The notes below the pieces were generated by a model. The model had not been told where the DNA came from and did no database searches. It saw only the letters and a list, made by a program, of their open reading frames with translations. A program made the position numbers and the translations under genes. 64,000 nucleotides of DNA from Candidatus Poriferihabitaceae bacterium (GTDB taxonomy: Bacteria > Pseudomonadota > Gammaproteobacteria > Arenicellales > Poriferihabitantaceae), in assembly GCA_965237995.1 (NCBI GenBank), contig CBDEGO010000006.1:363208-427207 (forward strand). Reading direction: 5' to 3'. Shown here piece by piece: positions 38,894 to 48,245 of this stretch. The stretch's first letter is position 1; the number at the start of each line of letters is the position of its first letter.

Positions 38894-39757
38894 ATGTATA
38901 GCAAATTTAATTTGAGCACCAAGATAGGCGATTTGAACGCCTTGCGCAATCAGACTTTAGATAGCTCGCATAATGTACTCGCTGTTCATGGTTGGTTAGA
39001 TAATTGTGCAAGCTTTATTCCACTTATGCCGCATTTGCAAGCGTTCAACTTGGTGGCGGTTGATCTTCCTGGTCACGGACTGAGTGAATGGAGTATCGAT
39101 CACCGCTTTGGTTACTTTACGGATTTTGTAAACAATTTAGACCATATTTTAGATGCGCTTGAGTGGCAAGAGTGTCACTTAATTGGCCACTCAATGGGGG
39201 CAGGGGTAAGTTGCCTTTATACCGCTTGCAAGCCTAAGCGCGTTAAGTCGCTAAGTATGATTGATTTGCTGGGCCCCTTAAGTAGCCCAGCTAAAGACGC
39301 ACATAAAAAATTAACGACCGCTTTAAACGACTATGCAAGCTGGGACCCAAACCGTGGCCGATTCTTTGATGACATTGATACTGCGACAAAAGCTAGAATG
39401 AAGGGCAGCGCTTTTGCGTTAAGTTATGAACACTCTAAACTCATCATGCAACATGCGTTAAAAGAAACTGAGCAAGGCTTGCGACTTATGAGCGACCCGC
39501 GTTTGAAATTTGCCTCACCGTTTTCATTCACCGAACAACAAGTGCTATCTTTCATAAAGCAAATTAAACAACCGGCGTTGGTGGCTTATGCCAGTGATGG
39601 TATTTTGAATAATTTAACAACAACGCAAAAACGACTCGCGAGCTATCATAACTTGACTAGGGTTGACTTAAAAGGGGGTCACTACGTACATATGGAGCAA
39701 GCTGATGCGGTAGGTCAAGCCATCACCCAGTTAATTAACTCAACCGACAAGCCTTAA
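38894..39757 (+). CDS. alpha/beta hydrolase
   Basis: HGWLDNCASF, DLPGHG, GHSMG nucleophile, GGHYVHME. Confidence 0.9.
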   Translation: MYSKFNLSTKIGDLNALRNQTLDSSHNVLAVHGWLDNCASFIPLMPHLQAFNLVAVDLPGHGLSEWSIDHRFGYFTDFVNNLDHILDALEWQECHLIGHSMGAGVSCLYTACKPKRVKSLSMIDLLGPLSSPAKDAHKKLTTALNDYASWDPNRGRFFDDIDTATKARMKGSAFALSYEHSKLIMQHALKETEQGLRLMSDPRLKFASPFSFTEQQVLSFIKQIKQPALVAYASDGILNNLTTTQKRLASYHNLTRVDLKGGHYVHMEQADAVGQAITQLINSTDKP

Positions 39758-40753
39758 CTACGGCGTTTTAATGTCACTCATTCTTGTGCCTGAACTATCT
39801 GGGTCGTTATAACGCCGGCTAAGAAACACCACGCCACCTAGTACGCCTTGCGCCAATATCATACCGAAGGAGATAAAAGAAAAGGCTAGAGCTTGTTCGC
39901 TCGGAACCGAAAATAGTCCAAAAAAGAACACGAATATGGATTCGCGCAGGCCAACTCCGTTAATCGAGATAGGTAATACCATAATCAAGAAAGAGAGCGG
40001 AATAATAATAAACATCGCCAAGGTAGGAATATCGATATTTAACGCCTTGGCGATCAAGATACAATGGATAACGACATTCGCCTGTAACAACAAAGACAAC
40101 CCTACTGCCTTTAACAATACATCACGTCGGCCTTTAAATAAACTAAACCCGTCGTAAACTTTATCGAGCACCTTGTAAGCAATTTTAAATAGTGGGTTTG
40201 GTCGATCAAAAAACTTTAGCAATACAGCACCGCCGTTACCGAAGATAATCCAAGTGAGTAAACCCATGCCTAGACAGGTGCCAAGTAAGAACAACCGAAG
40301 TAAAGGGATTTGATCAGCGACTTGCTTAGCAAAGACAGACACAATTAAACATAGCAATAACAGAGCTGAAAGCCCTATCACTCTATCAATGAACACCACG
40401 GCAATCGCTCTAGACTTACCTGCTCCTAGGCGATAGCTGTCGTACATACGATAAGCATCACCACCAATGGTAGAAGGAAGAAAATTGTTAAAAAAGATTG
40501 AGATCGAAAACGACTGTATGAGTACTTTCAAGGAGGCCGGTACTTCTAAAGCACCCAAAAGTAATTGCCATCGCTTTGCCGTAATGAAATAGCCCACAAA
40601 AAAGATTAAAAACGCAACGACCAACAATGGAACGTCAGCTTGTTTAATCGTAAGCCAGATTTTGGCTAAATCTGCTTGGGCTAATAGCCAAGTGATTAAA
40701 CCTAAAGAGATGGCTATTTTCGCAATAACCAGTAGCGTGTTTTTGAGCTTCAT
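39758..40753 (-). CDS. lysylphosphatidylglycerol-synthase TM-domain / flippase-like protein (UPF0104)
   Basis: RWQLLL, FFNNFLPSTIGGD..R, DRVIGL, LPISINGVGLRE. Confidence 0.88.
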   Translation of the reverse strand: MKLKNTLLVIAKIAISLGLITWLLAQADLAKIWLTIKQADVPLLVVAFLIFFVGYFITAKRWQLLLGALEVPASLKVLIQSFSISIFFNNFLPSTIGGDAYRMYDSYRLGAGKSRAIAVVFIDRVIGLSALLLLCLIVSVFAKQVADQIPLLRLFLLGTCLGMGLLTWIIFGNGGAVLLKFFDRPNPLFKIAYKVLDKVYDGFSLFKGRRDVLLKAVGLSLLLQANVVIHCILIAKALNIDIPTLAMFIIIPLSFLIMVLPISINGVGLRESIFVFFFGLFSVPSEQALAFSFISFGMILAQGVLGGVVFLSRRYNDPDSSGTRMSDIKTP

Positions 40754-41499
40754 GCCTCGCGACTTTTAATTACTTTGGCTGGCACGCCACCTACAATTTG
40801 CTTGGTTAGCACCGCTTTGTTCACTACAGCACCTGCCGCAGCAATTGAGCCTTCACCCATCAGCACATCACCTAACACGGTAACATGACCGCCTAACCAG
40901 ACGTTGTTGCCTAAATGACACCCCGTATCTGCCCGAATGCCTTGCTCCATAATAGGCACATCAAGTTGATCGATATTGTAAGTTCCGCCGCCCACTAAAT
41001 AACAGGCTGGCCCAATAATGCACTGATCTCCAATAGTGGTTGGGCAGGCATTAGTCGACTGAACAACCGTTTGCGCGCCTAAGCCCGTTTTAGCCCCTAT
41101 CGTGATCGTGCCTCCTTTGGCTGACAGCGAAACGCTATTCGCTAGCATGACGTCGTTGCCAATGGTAATCGCTTCGTCAACGGCATCGTTTCTGGCATCT
41201 AATATGCACCCTTCGCTAACAACCACATTGTCGCCCAGTACAATACGGCCTGGATGGCGCAATGTGATGCCCCGCCCAAACTGAACCCCTTTACCGCATT
41301 GTTTAAACATACGCGGCCAGAATATTTTACGCAGCACCAAACCTACCGCACCCGGCACCACGGCAAACCATGCACAAATCTCATAATAAAGCATGTCGAG
41401 CCACGAGCTAGACCCTACCATTACTGCTTGATACTTTTTAAGAGCAGATCCATCACCCGTTATCGCTTTTTGTGTTTTTTGATTGGGTTCAGTACTCAT
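40750..41499 (-). CDS. hexapeptide-repeat (LbH) acyltransferase
   Basis: Repeated (I/L)G.. hexapeptides, LGNNVWLG, AAGAVV, VGGVPAKVIK.R. Confidence 0.88.
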   Translation of the reverse strand: MSTEPNQKTQKAITGDGSALKKYQAVMVGSSSWLDMLYYEICAWFAVVPGAVGLVLRKIFWPRMFKQCGKGVQFGRGITLRHPGRIVLGDNVVVSEGCILDARNDAVDEAITIGNDVMLANSVSLSAKGGTITIGAKTGLGAQTVVQSTNACPTTIGDQCIIGPACYLVGGGTYNIDQLDVPIMEQGIRADTGCHLGNNVWLGGHVTVLGDVLMGEGSIAAAGAVVNKAVLTKQIVGGVPAKVIKSREA

Positions 41500-43430
41500 G
41501 CGCGCATTAGTCTTTCGGTGAGTGATTGCATGTCTTCGATACTTTGTTCTTCAAAATACTGACGATACCACAGCTCTAAATTGAGCAAAATCCATAACCT
41601 AAAATTGTGATCAGACTGTCCGCTCAAGTGTTCTTCCAAATAACGGTCAATGGTTTCTTTACGAAAAATGCCCAGCTCGACAAAGCGAGATTCAGCAAAC
41701 AAATTACGTAAAAATTTATTTAAGTCCGTACGCATCCAACGCGCAATCGGAAAGCCAAATCCTTGTTTTTCTCGGTAGATCAGCTCTTTAGGCAAATATC
41801 GCGAAGCCGTTTTCTTGAGCACGTGTTTTAAGTCACGGCCCTTTAATTTCATATTCGCGGGAATACTCGCCGCGAATTCAACCAACTTAGCGTCGACCAG
41901 TGGCGCCCTGCTTTCTAATGAATGGGCCATGGTCATACGGTCAGCTATCATCAGTAGATGGTCTGGCATGCGTGTCATTAAATCGCTATAGAGCATCTTG
42001 TCGACTAAATCATTAACGTTATCAGCGTTAAAAAACTGCAGCACTTTGTCGGGCGAATCTCTATCAGTTATTTGCGAGAGCGCTTCTGTGGTGAATAAAT
42101 CTTCTTTGGCTTCCTGCGTGAAACGCAAGAACGTCATGCTCTGCACATAGCGCTCACCACTTTGATAGAACGACATATCTTGCAACCAGCGCACTTTTTG
42201 CGCGATAGACTTATACCCAAAGTTATCAGGTACCATATTGATCATTCTGCCAAACACTTGCTTGCGCAACCATGCTGGCATCATGGAATAATATTCGGCT
42301 AATTGCTGACCAGCAAAGCGATCGTAGCCTGCGAAATTTTCATCGCCGCCATCACCTGTCATCACCACTTTTACGTGCTGGCTGGCGAGCTTTGACACCA
42401 AGTAAACGCCCACTCCAAAGGGGTCGGATGGTTCATCCATATGGTGAATCATCTTAGGGATAAGGTGGATTAAATCCGCGCTAACCACTTTTTCGTGACC
42501 TTCCATACCATATTTATCAACCACCATACGCGCCCAAGGTAGCTCATTAAAACCGGCTTCTTTCACGCCGATAGAAAACACCGGCACCTTTTGCTCGCCT
42601 AACTCGGCCATCATCGCCGAAATGGTGCTAGAGTCAATGCCCCCACTTAAGAATGCACCAACCTGCACATCGCTTAATAAGTGAGATTTAACGGTATCTA
42701 GCAACACGCTGTTAAGCTCTTCTTCTACGTCGTCTACACTGCCCGAGTGCTTTTGGGTGAAGTCGATATCCCAATAGCGCTCTATTTGTAACTCACCTTG
42801 CTTCCAGTAGGCATGATGTCCGGCCTGTAGTTTGTGGATGCCTTTGAAAAAAGTATAATCATCAGGCACAAATCGCATCGAGATATAGTGCCAAAAGCAA
42901 GTCATATCTATTTCACGTTTGGCAGACTGCACTTCAAGCAACGCTTTAACTTCTGATGCCAAATAAATGCCGCCATCTTGGGGCATGAAAAAAATCGGCT
43001 TTTGGCCCATATGATCACGGGCAAAAAATAATGAATTATCGCGCTTGTCCCATATGGCGAATGCAAACATCCCGCGTAGATGCTTTACGCAATCACGGCC
43101 GTATTTTTGATACAGCGGCAGAATGACTTCGATATCGGTATGTGTTTTAAATGGGTAGCCTTCGCGTTCTAGCTCAGTGCGTAATTCAGGGCTATTATAA
43201 ATCTCCCCATTACAAGTCATCACCAAGTTGCCGCTGTCATCAAGAATAGGCTGATGACCACCATCAATGTCGTTAATACTTAAGCGCCGTTGCCCTAAGG
43301 AAGCGAGATCATCATGCCAAAAACCTTCATCATCTGGTCCACGGTGGGTCAGTGTTCGGGTCATGGTTTCTATTTGCGCCGCGCGGTCACGCGTTGCCTC
43401 AGTGGCGATAATGCCAGTAATACCGCACAT
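41496..43430 (-). CDS. asnB: asparagine synthase (glutamine-hydrolysing)-family amidotransferase
   Basis: MCGI (Ntn Cys), HRGPD, NGEIYN, RDHMGQKP, FLSGGIDSS, TGDGGDE.FAGY, DRMTMAHSLESR.P, KQGF. Confidence 0.9.
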   Translation of the reverse strand: MCGITGIIATEATRDRAAQIETMTRTLTHRGPDDEGFWHDDLASLGQRRLSINDIDGGHQPILDDSGNLVMTCNGEIYNSPELRTELEREGYPFKTHTDIEVILPLYQKYGRDCVKHLRGMFAFAIWDKRDNSLFFARDHMGQKPIFFMPQDGGIYLASEVKALLEVQSAKREIDMTCFWHYISMRFVPDDYTFFKGIHKLQAGHHAYWKQGELQIERYWDIDFTQKHSGSVDDVEEELNSVLLDTVKSHLLSDVQVGAFLSGGIDSSTISAMMAELGEQKVPVFSIGVKEAGFNELPWARMVVDKYGMEGHEKVVSADLIHLIPKMIHHMDEPSDPFGVGVYLVSKLASQHVKVVMTGDGGDENFAGYDRFAGQQLAEYYSMMPAWLRKQVFGRMINMVPDNFGYKSIAQKVRWLQDMSFYQSGERYVQSMTFLRFTQEAKEDLFTTEALSQITDRDSPDKVLQFFNADNVNDLVDKMLYSDLMTRMPDHLLMIADRMTMAHSLESRAPLVDAKLVEFAASIPANMKLKGRDLKHVLKKTASRYLPKELIYREKQGFGFPIARWMRTDLNKFLRNLFAESRFVELGIFRKETIDRYLEEHLSGQSDHNFRLWILLNLELWYRQYFEEQSIEDMQSLTERLMRA

Positions 43431-43514
43431 AAGAATGCTAAAGGATTAAGATGCTACGTATTTTAAGGGATTGGCGATAATGCCGCTGGCTTTCTTCACT
43501 CTGCAAAGTACAGC

Positions 43515-44183
43515 CTAAAATGCAGGCAGCCCAAAATTTTCGGGTTTAAAATCTAACAAACTATCCAATATCAACGTCGCTTCGCTATAACGTGATTTAT
43601 CCATATTGGAATCAGGCACTGCCACGACAGGCATATTGGCAGCAAGACCCGCGGCTAAACCTGAAGGGGCGTCTTCAAAAACTAAACTAGAGCTTGCCTC
43701 TGCGCCAATTAGGCTGGCGGCAACATTAAATAAGTCTGGTGCGGGTTTACCTTTCTCCACCTGTGGGTGATCACTGGTTACTACAGCGTCAAAAAGATCG
43801 AACCAAGCCGCATGCTTCGTTCGTTTTAACTGAAACATTAACTCACTCGAACTCGTCGCAATCGCTATGGGTATCTTATGTTGATGTAAGTGTCGGATTA
43901 GCCGCTCAGCGCCTGGCAAGGCTTTGGCATTAGGAAACGCTTGTGCTAGCAGCCCATTGCGCTTTTCCAAGTATTCTTGCGGTTGGATCGGTAAATCCAG
44001 CGCGCCAACCAAATAGGTGGCTGCATCTAGTTCTGGGCGACCAATCATATTGCCCTTTACCGACCAATCGAACACTTTACCAAATTCACCGACAATCGTC
44101 TGAGTAACCTGCGTGTAGATAATTTCAGTATCAAGCAACAAGCCGTCCATATCGAACAGCGCACTTTTTATTGTCGGGTACAT
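43515..44183 (-). CDS. HAD-superfamily phosphatase (subfamily IA, HDHD1-like)
   Basis: LFDMDGLLLDTE, ATSS, GKPAPD, VFEDAPSG, C-terminal FKPENFGLPAF. Confidence 0.9.
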   Translation of the reverse strand: MYPTIKSALFDMDGLLLDTEIIYTQVTQTIVGEFGKVFDWSVKGNMIGRPELDAATYLVGALDLPIQPQEYLEKRNGLLAQAFPNAKALPGAERLIRHLHQHKIPIAIATSSSELMFQLKRTKHAAWFDLFDAVVTSDHPQVEKGKPAPDLFNVAASLIGAEASSSLVFEDAPSGLAAGLAANMPVVAVPDSNMDKSRYSEATLILDSLLDFKPENFGLPAF

Positions 44184-44206
44184 CTTATCGGTGCTACTTA
44201 AATGGC

Positions 44207-45679
44207 TTATTGAAACAAGTACCCAACAATCGTCAAAACAACGGTGTAGGGCAGTGCCATTTTAACCATCGTGACATAGCCCAATCGAATGGCTGGAGCA
44301 AGCGCTGAAGTCAGCAAAAACAAGAAGGCGGCTTGACCGTTGGGTGTCGCGACAGAAGGTAAATTAGTACCCGTGTTTATCGAAACAGCCAGGGCTTCAA
44401 AGTGCTCGCGACTGATTGCTCCAGAATCAAAAGCGGCTTTTACTTCGTTAATATACACCGTAGCGACGAATACATTATCAGAGATAGCCGAGAGCAAGCC
44501 ATTGGCTAAAAAGAACGCACCAGGTTGGGCTTCAATAGGCATTTGCAATACCCAGTTAATGACTGGACTGAACAGGTGCAAGTCATGAATCATGCCGACT
44601 ACGACGAAGAAAATACACAGCAGTGAAACAAAGGGCAGTGATTCTTCAAAAGCGTGGCCAATTTGCGCCTCTTCTTTTATGCCAGTTAACGCGGTTACAA
44701 ACACCAACAGACATAGACCAATCAGGCCAACTTCCATTACATGAAACGCTAAGCCAAAAATCAGTAATACACCGGAAATACCTTGCACCCACAAGCTGTA
44801 AATATCATTTTCTGTTCGCTCTTCGTCTTGCTTTTCTAGATAGCTAAATAGAATGTCACGCACCTCCGGATTTAATTTGGTGCCGAATCCAAATTTACCG
44901 ACCATTTCAAGCACGACACATGTCGCAAAACCAGCTAATACAGCAGGGAATGTAACGTGTGACATCGCAGCAGCGAAGTCGACAAAATTCCAACCTAGCT
45001 TCTCTCCAATCAAGAGATTTTGCGGCTCACCTACCAGAGTGCACACCCCGCCCAATGCAGTGCCGACTGCACCATGCATTACTAGGCTGCGCAAAAATGC
45101 GCGGAACTCTTCCAGCATTTCACCACCCATTTTGGGGCCATCGGCTTCACCATCCTCGGTGTAATCAACGTCTTGCGAAGAATGCACCTTTTCATACACT
45201 CCATATAGGGCAACAAAAACGGTGATCAAGACCGCAGTCACGGTTAACGCATCGAGAAAGGCCGAAAGAAAGGCGGCTGATATTGAGAACAATAGTGAAA
45301 GCATCCACTTGCTTTTAACCTTCATTATCAATTTGGCGAAAATAAACACCAACAAAGGCTGCATGAAATAGATAAAGCTAACCATAAAGATCAGCAAAGC
45401 AAGAACGCCTAAATTATTTTGAATCTCATGCCAGACCGTTTCGGGTGAAGTAAGCCCTAGCAACAAGATAGCCAAACCTAATATCCCGCCGCTCTGCAAC
45501 GGATAGCATTTTAGCGCCATCGCCAAGGTCAGAATAAACATCGCAATAAATAACCAACCAATGACGGTCGTACCAAGAATAAGTTTCACTGGCCAAGCAA
45601 TGACCAAAAAGCCCAATATCGCTAATTTGAACCACTCTGGGCTATTGCCTAAAAAATTACTATACGCTGTCTTTAACAT
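44207..45679 (-). CDS. nhaB: Na+/H+ antiporter NhaB
   Basis: NFLGNSPEWFK, MALKCYPLQ, AFLDALTV.AV, VGEPQNL, ISDNVFVATVYI, INTGTNLPSVATPNGQAAFLFLLTS. Confidence 0.96.
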   Translation of the reverse strand: MLKTAYSNFLGNSPEWFKLAILGFLVIAWPVKLILGTTVIGWLFIAMFILTLAMALKCYPLQSGGILGLAILLLGLTSPETVWHEIQNNLGVLALLIFMVSFIYFMQPLLVFIFAKLIMKVKSKWMLSLLFSISAAFLSAFLDALTVTAVLITVFVALYGVYEKVHSSQDVDYTEDGEADGPKMGGEMLEEFRAFLRSLVMHGAVGTALGGVCTLVGEPQNLLIGEKLGWNFVDFAAAMSHVTFPAVLAGFATCVVLEMVGKFGFGTKLNPEVRDILFSYLEKQDEERTENDIYSLWVQGISGVLLIFGLAFHVMEVGLIGLCLLVFVTALTGIKEEAQIGHAFEESLPFVSLLCIFFVVVGMIHDLHLFSPVINWVLQMPIEAQPGAFFLANGLLSAISDNVFVATVYINEVKAAFDSGAISREHFEALAVSINTGTNLPSVATPNGQAAFLFLLTSALAPAIRLGYVTMVKMALPYTVVLTIVGYLFQ

Positions 45680-45840
45680 AATCTAATTGTGGATTTACGG
45701 TTTGCAAAGTTAAGAAAAAGGGGAGCTTAAATTTACCACTATTTGTGTAAGTAGGGCTAAGCGAAAATAGAGTTCAGAGTTAATTTTTCTGAAACGTATG
45801 GGTAAAGCCCGATATAAACGATGGATTAGGATGCTTTAGG

Positions 45841-45868
45841 CTTGAAATTTTCGCAAACCACCGCAAAT
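45841..45868 (+). promoter_or_regulatory. sigma-32 promoter of ibpA
   Basis: CTTGAAA-N13-CCGCAAAT upstream of a small heat-shock gene. Confidence 0.6.
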
Positions 45869-45876
45869 TAGATTTC

Positions 45877-45981
45877 GAAAGCAGGGTCTCTAGAAGAACT
45901 GCCTTCACTTAACCGAGTGTCGCTCGCGCCTTGCGGAGTAACACTTAAACATTATTGCTTCTTTAGGAGAATATGATTATG
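45877..45981 (+). ncRNA. ROSE-like RNA thermometer in the ibpA 5' UTR
   Basis: Last hairpin TATT-G-CTTC-TTTA-GGAG-AATA pairs UUGCU against the SD with a bulged G; two upstream hairpins (approx. 45877-45906 and 45916-45945). Confidence 0.65.
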
Positions 45982-46443
45982 AATACAATTGATTTATCCC
46001 CACTTTATCGCAGCAGTGTCGGCTATGACCACTTTGGACGTTTAGTAAACGCCGCCATGCGATCAGATAAGGCGTCAGCTGGTTACCCACCCTATAATAT
46101 AGTAGACCTGCAAGATGACAAATATGCCATCACGGTTGCGGTTGCTGGTTTTAAAGAAAACGAGCTTAGTCTCGAAGTTGAAAAAGGGGTGTTAACGGTG
46201 AGCGGCAAGAAAGAAAAGACCGAAGATGAGGTTAACTACCTCCACCAAGGCATTGCTACCCGGTCTTTTGAGCGCAAATTTAACTTAGCAGAACACATTG
46301 AAGTGGTGAACGCTGATTTACGCGACGGTATGCTAACTATTAGCTTACTAAGGGAAGTGCCAGAGAAAATGAAGCCTCGCAGCATTGCAATCGGCAGCGG
46401 ATCAGCTGAAGTATTGGAACACAAAGCGAAGCAAGCTGCATAA
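45979..46443 (+). CDS. ibpA: small heat-shock protein (Hsp20)
   Basis: DLSPLYRSSVGYD, YPPYNI, AVAGF, YLHQGIA.R.FERKF.LA, GML.I.L.REVPE..KPR.I.I; second ATG chosen by SD spacing. Confidence 0.93.
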   Translation: MNTIDLSPLYRSSVGYDHFGRLVNAAMRSDKASAGYPPYNIVDLQDDKYAITVAVAGFKENELSLEVEKGVLTVSGKKEKTEDEVNYLHQGIATRSFERKFNLAEHIEVVNADLRDGMLTISLLREVPEKMKPRSIAIGSGSAEVLEHKAKQAA

Positions 46444-46463
46444 TTTGTAGCACAACACAGACT

Positions 46464-46488
46464 AAGGCGGCCATTGGCCGCCTTTTTT
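46464..46488 (+). terminator. rho-independent terminator
   Basis: AAGGCGGCC-ATT-GGCCGCCTTTTTT. Confidence 0.8.
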
Positions 46489-46656
46489 AATACTAGCACT
46501 GCTGATGAGTTTAAAATTTGCTACGTTAGTTTTTTGAATATTTGTGGTAATTATCACTTCAATGATGATGGCAAGCATTTAAACTTATTGCCTCTCTCCT
46601 CGAAGCCGGGTAACGCTTTTAGCTTACTCGGTTTTTTTTGACTTACGCATCAACCA

Positions 46657-46923
46657 TTATCTTAACTGACTGTCTTTGCTGCCTTTACGGTTATATCCAA
46701 CCAAATTGCTTTGCGTTTTATCAATAGTCGATTGACAAGTAACGCACAAACGCACGCCTTGTAGTGCATCACGCCTAACCTGTGGGATTTTTGTATCACA
46801 CTCCTCACAATGTTTAAGGCTTTCCCCTTTAGGTATACGACTGCGCACCATTTCCACCGCATCCTTAACGCTTGCATCAATTTGATCTTGTACCGCGCCA
46901 TCACGCGCCCAACCACCTGCCAT
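46657..46923 (-). CDS. ybiI: DksA/TraR-family C4 zinc-finger protein (YbiI-like)
   Basis: MAGGWARDGAVQDQID, CEEC...CVTC, NRKGSKDSQLR. Confidence 0.9.
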   Translation of the reverse strand: MAGGWARDGAVQDQIDASVKDAVEMVRSRIPKGESLKHCEECDTKIPQVRRDALQGVRLCVTCQSTIDKTQSNLVGYNRKGSKDSQLR

Positions 46924-47014
46924 TAATCATTCACCGCTTTGAGATAAAGTATTACTGAGTATAGCAACAAGTGACTAAGCCCTGATGGATGTAATCCTCG
47001 GCTACAGCATCAGT

Positions 47015-47893
47015 CTAACCGTTAGCGGTGCTTTGAAGAATAAACTCAGCGCAAGCTTCAGCCGCCGGCGACAGGGTTCTTCCTTTTGGGGTAACAATAC
47101 CCAAGGTTCTGATCAGGTTTAAATTGTCTATTTCCTTAAATACCACATCATCTCGATCAGCCGGAACGGCTCGTTCTGGCAACGTGGTAACACCGACTTT
47201 GGCAGCGACTAACGCCAATATTGAAGTGGTGTTTTGCACGGTGATCTCTGCTTTAGCGAGAATTTTTTCGAACTCCTTTGCCTTAATTAAGTGGCAGGTT
47301 CCGTTGGCTATTAGCACTTCTTTTTCTAAATCGGACCAACTGATGGGCGAGGATGATTTAGCTAAGTGGTGTTCGGTACTGCACACTAAGCCAATTGAGT
47401 CTGTCACTAACGGTCTGAATATTTCATCTTCCCTTTCTTCGCCCTCACTCGCGATACCAAAGTCTATCTCTCCTCTAAGCAACATTTCATGTATCTGGAA
47501 CGAGCTATTATCACTAATACTCAGCGTAATTTTAGGGTGCTTTTCAATGAAGCTTGCCAGTAAATTCGGTAAATATTGTGCCGCATAAGAAGGTACTGCA
47601 GCAATATCAACACGTCCAATATCGTTATTGGCGTAGGCAGTGATGCCGGCCATTGCATTGTCAAACCGGATGAGCTGTTCTTTAGCTACCTCATACACAT
47701 ACTGACCAAATGGCGTTAGCTTGGACTTACCTTCTCGCTCAAATAATGCCAACCCTATTTGATCTTCCAGATTACTTACCGTCATAGACACGGCGGATGC
47801 GGAACGGTGTAACCTTTTGGCGGCACCGGTCACACTCCCTACATCTGCAACGGCAACAAAGCTGCGTAAATAAGTTAATTTCAGTGTTCGCAT
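47015..47893 (-). CDS. LysR-family transcriptional regulator
   Basis: HTH LRSFVAVA..GS...AA..LHRS.SAVS; divergent from the BCCT gene; start moved to the ATG at 47893. Confidence 0.92.
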   Translation of the reverse strand: MRTLKLTYLRSFVAVADVGSVTGAAKRLHRSASAVSMTVSNLEDQIGLALFEREGKSKLTPFGQYVYEVAKEQLIRFDNAMAGITAYANNDIGRVDIAAVPSYAAQYLPNLLASFIEKHPKITLSISDNSSFQIHEMLLRGEIDFGIASEGEEREDEIFRPLVTDSIGLVCSTEHHLAKSSSPISWSDLEKEVLIANGTCHLIKAKEFEKILAKAEITVQNTTSILALVAAKVGVTTLPERAVPADRDDVVFKEIDNLNLIRTLGIVTPKGRTLSPAAEACAEFILQSTANG

Positions 47894-47894
47894 A

Positions 47895-47927
47895 GGTATA
47901 TTATTCAGATAATCTGAATAATATACC
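47895..47927. promoter_or_regulatory. perfect 33-bp palindrome, probable LysR operator
   Basis: GGTATATTATTCAGAT-A-ATCTGAATAATATACC, one base from the LysR start codon. Confidence 0.7.
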
Positions 47928-48245
47928 ATATAATTCTAATTGCCTTAATAGTATTTTCGGTTAACAATGATGACTCATACAAATTACAACGTGATAAATA
48001 GGTAAAAATTTGTCATAAATGGCACTTATTACTAAAGCAGAGTAATGGTATGATTTATAAATCTATTCATCTGAGATTAATCTTTCTCAAGACATATAGA
48101 AATAATAAACTTAAGTTTGGAGGAGAGGAAGCACAGTAATCGCATCGCATAATCAGTACAGCTGATTGTGAAACTCGTGATCATTGGCCCCACTACATTA
48201 ATTTAGGTTTCCGTTTATTAGCTAAACTAACTTAGGAAATAACTT

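Noticed and set aside
48000-48245. Riboswitch or sRNA in the long BCCT leader
   Set aside because: Only short hairpins and no recognisable conserved motif; an Rfam search would be needed.
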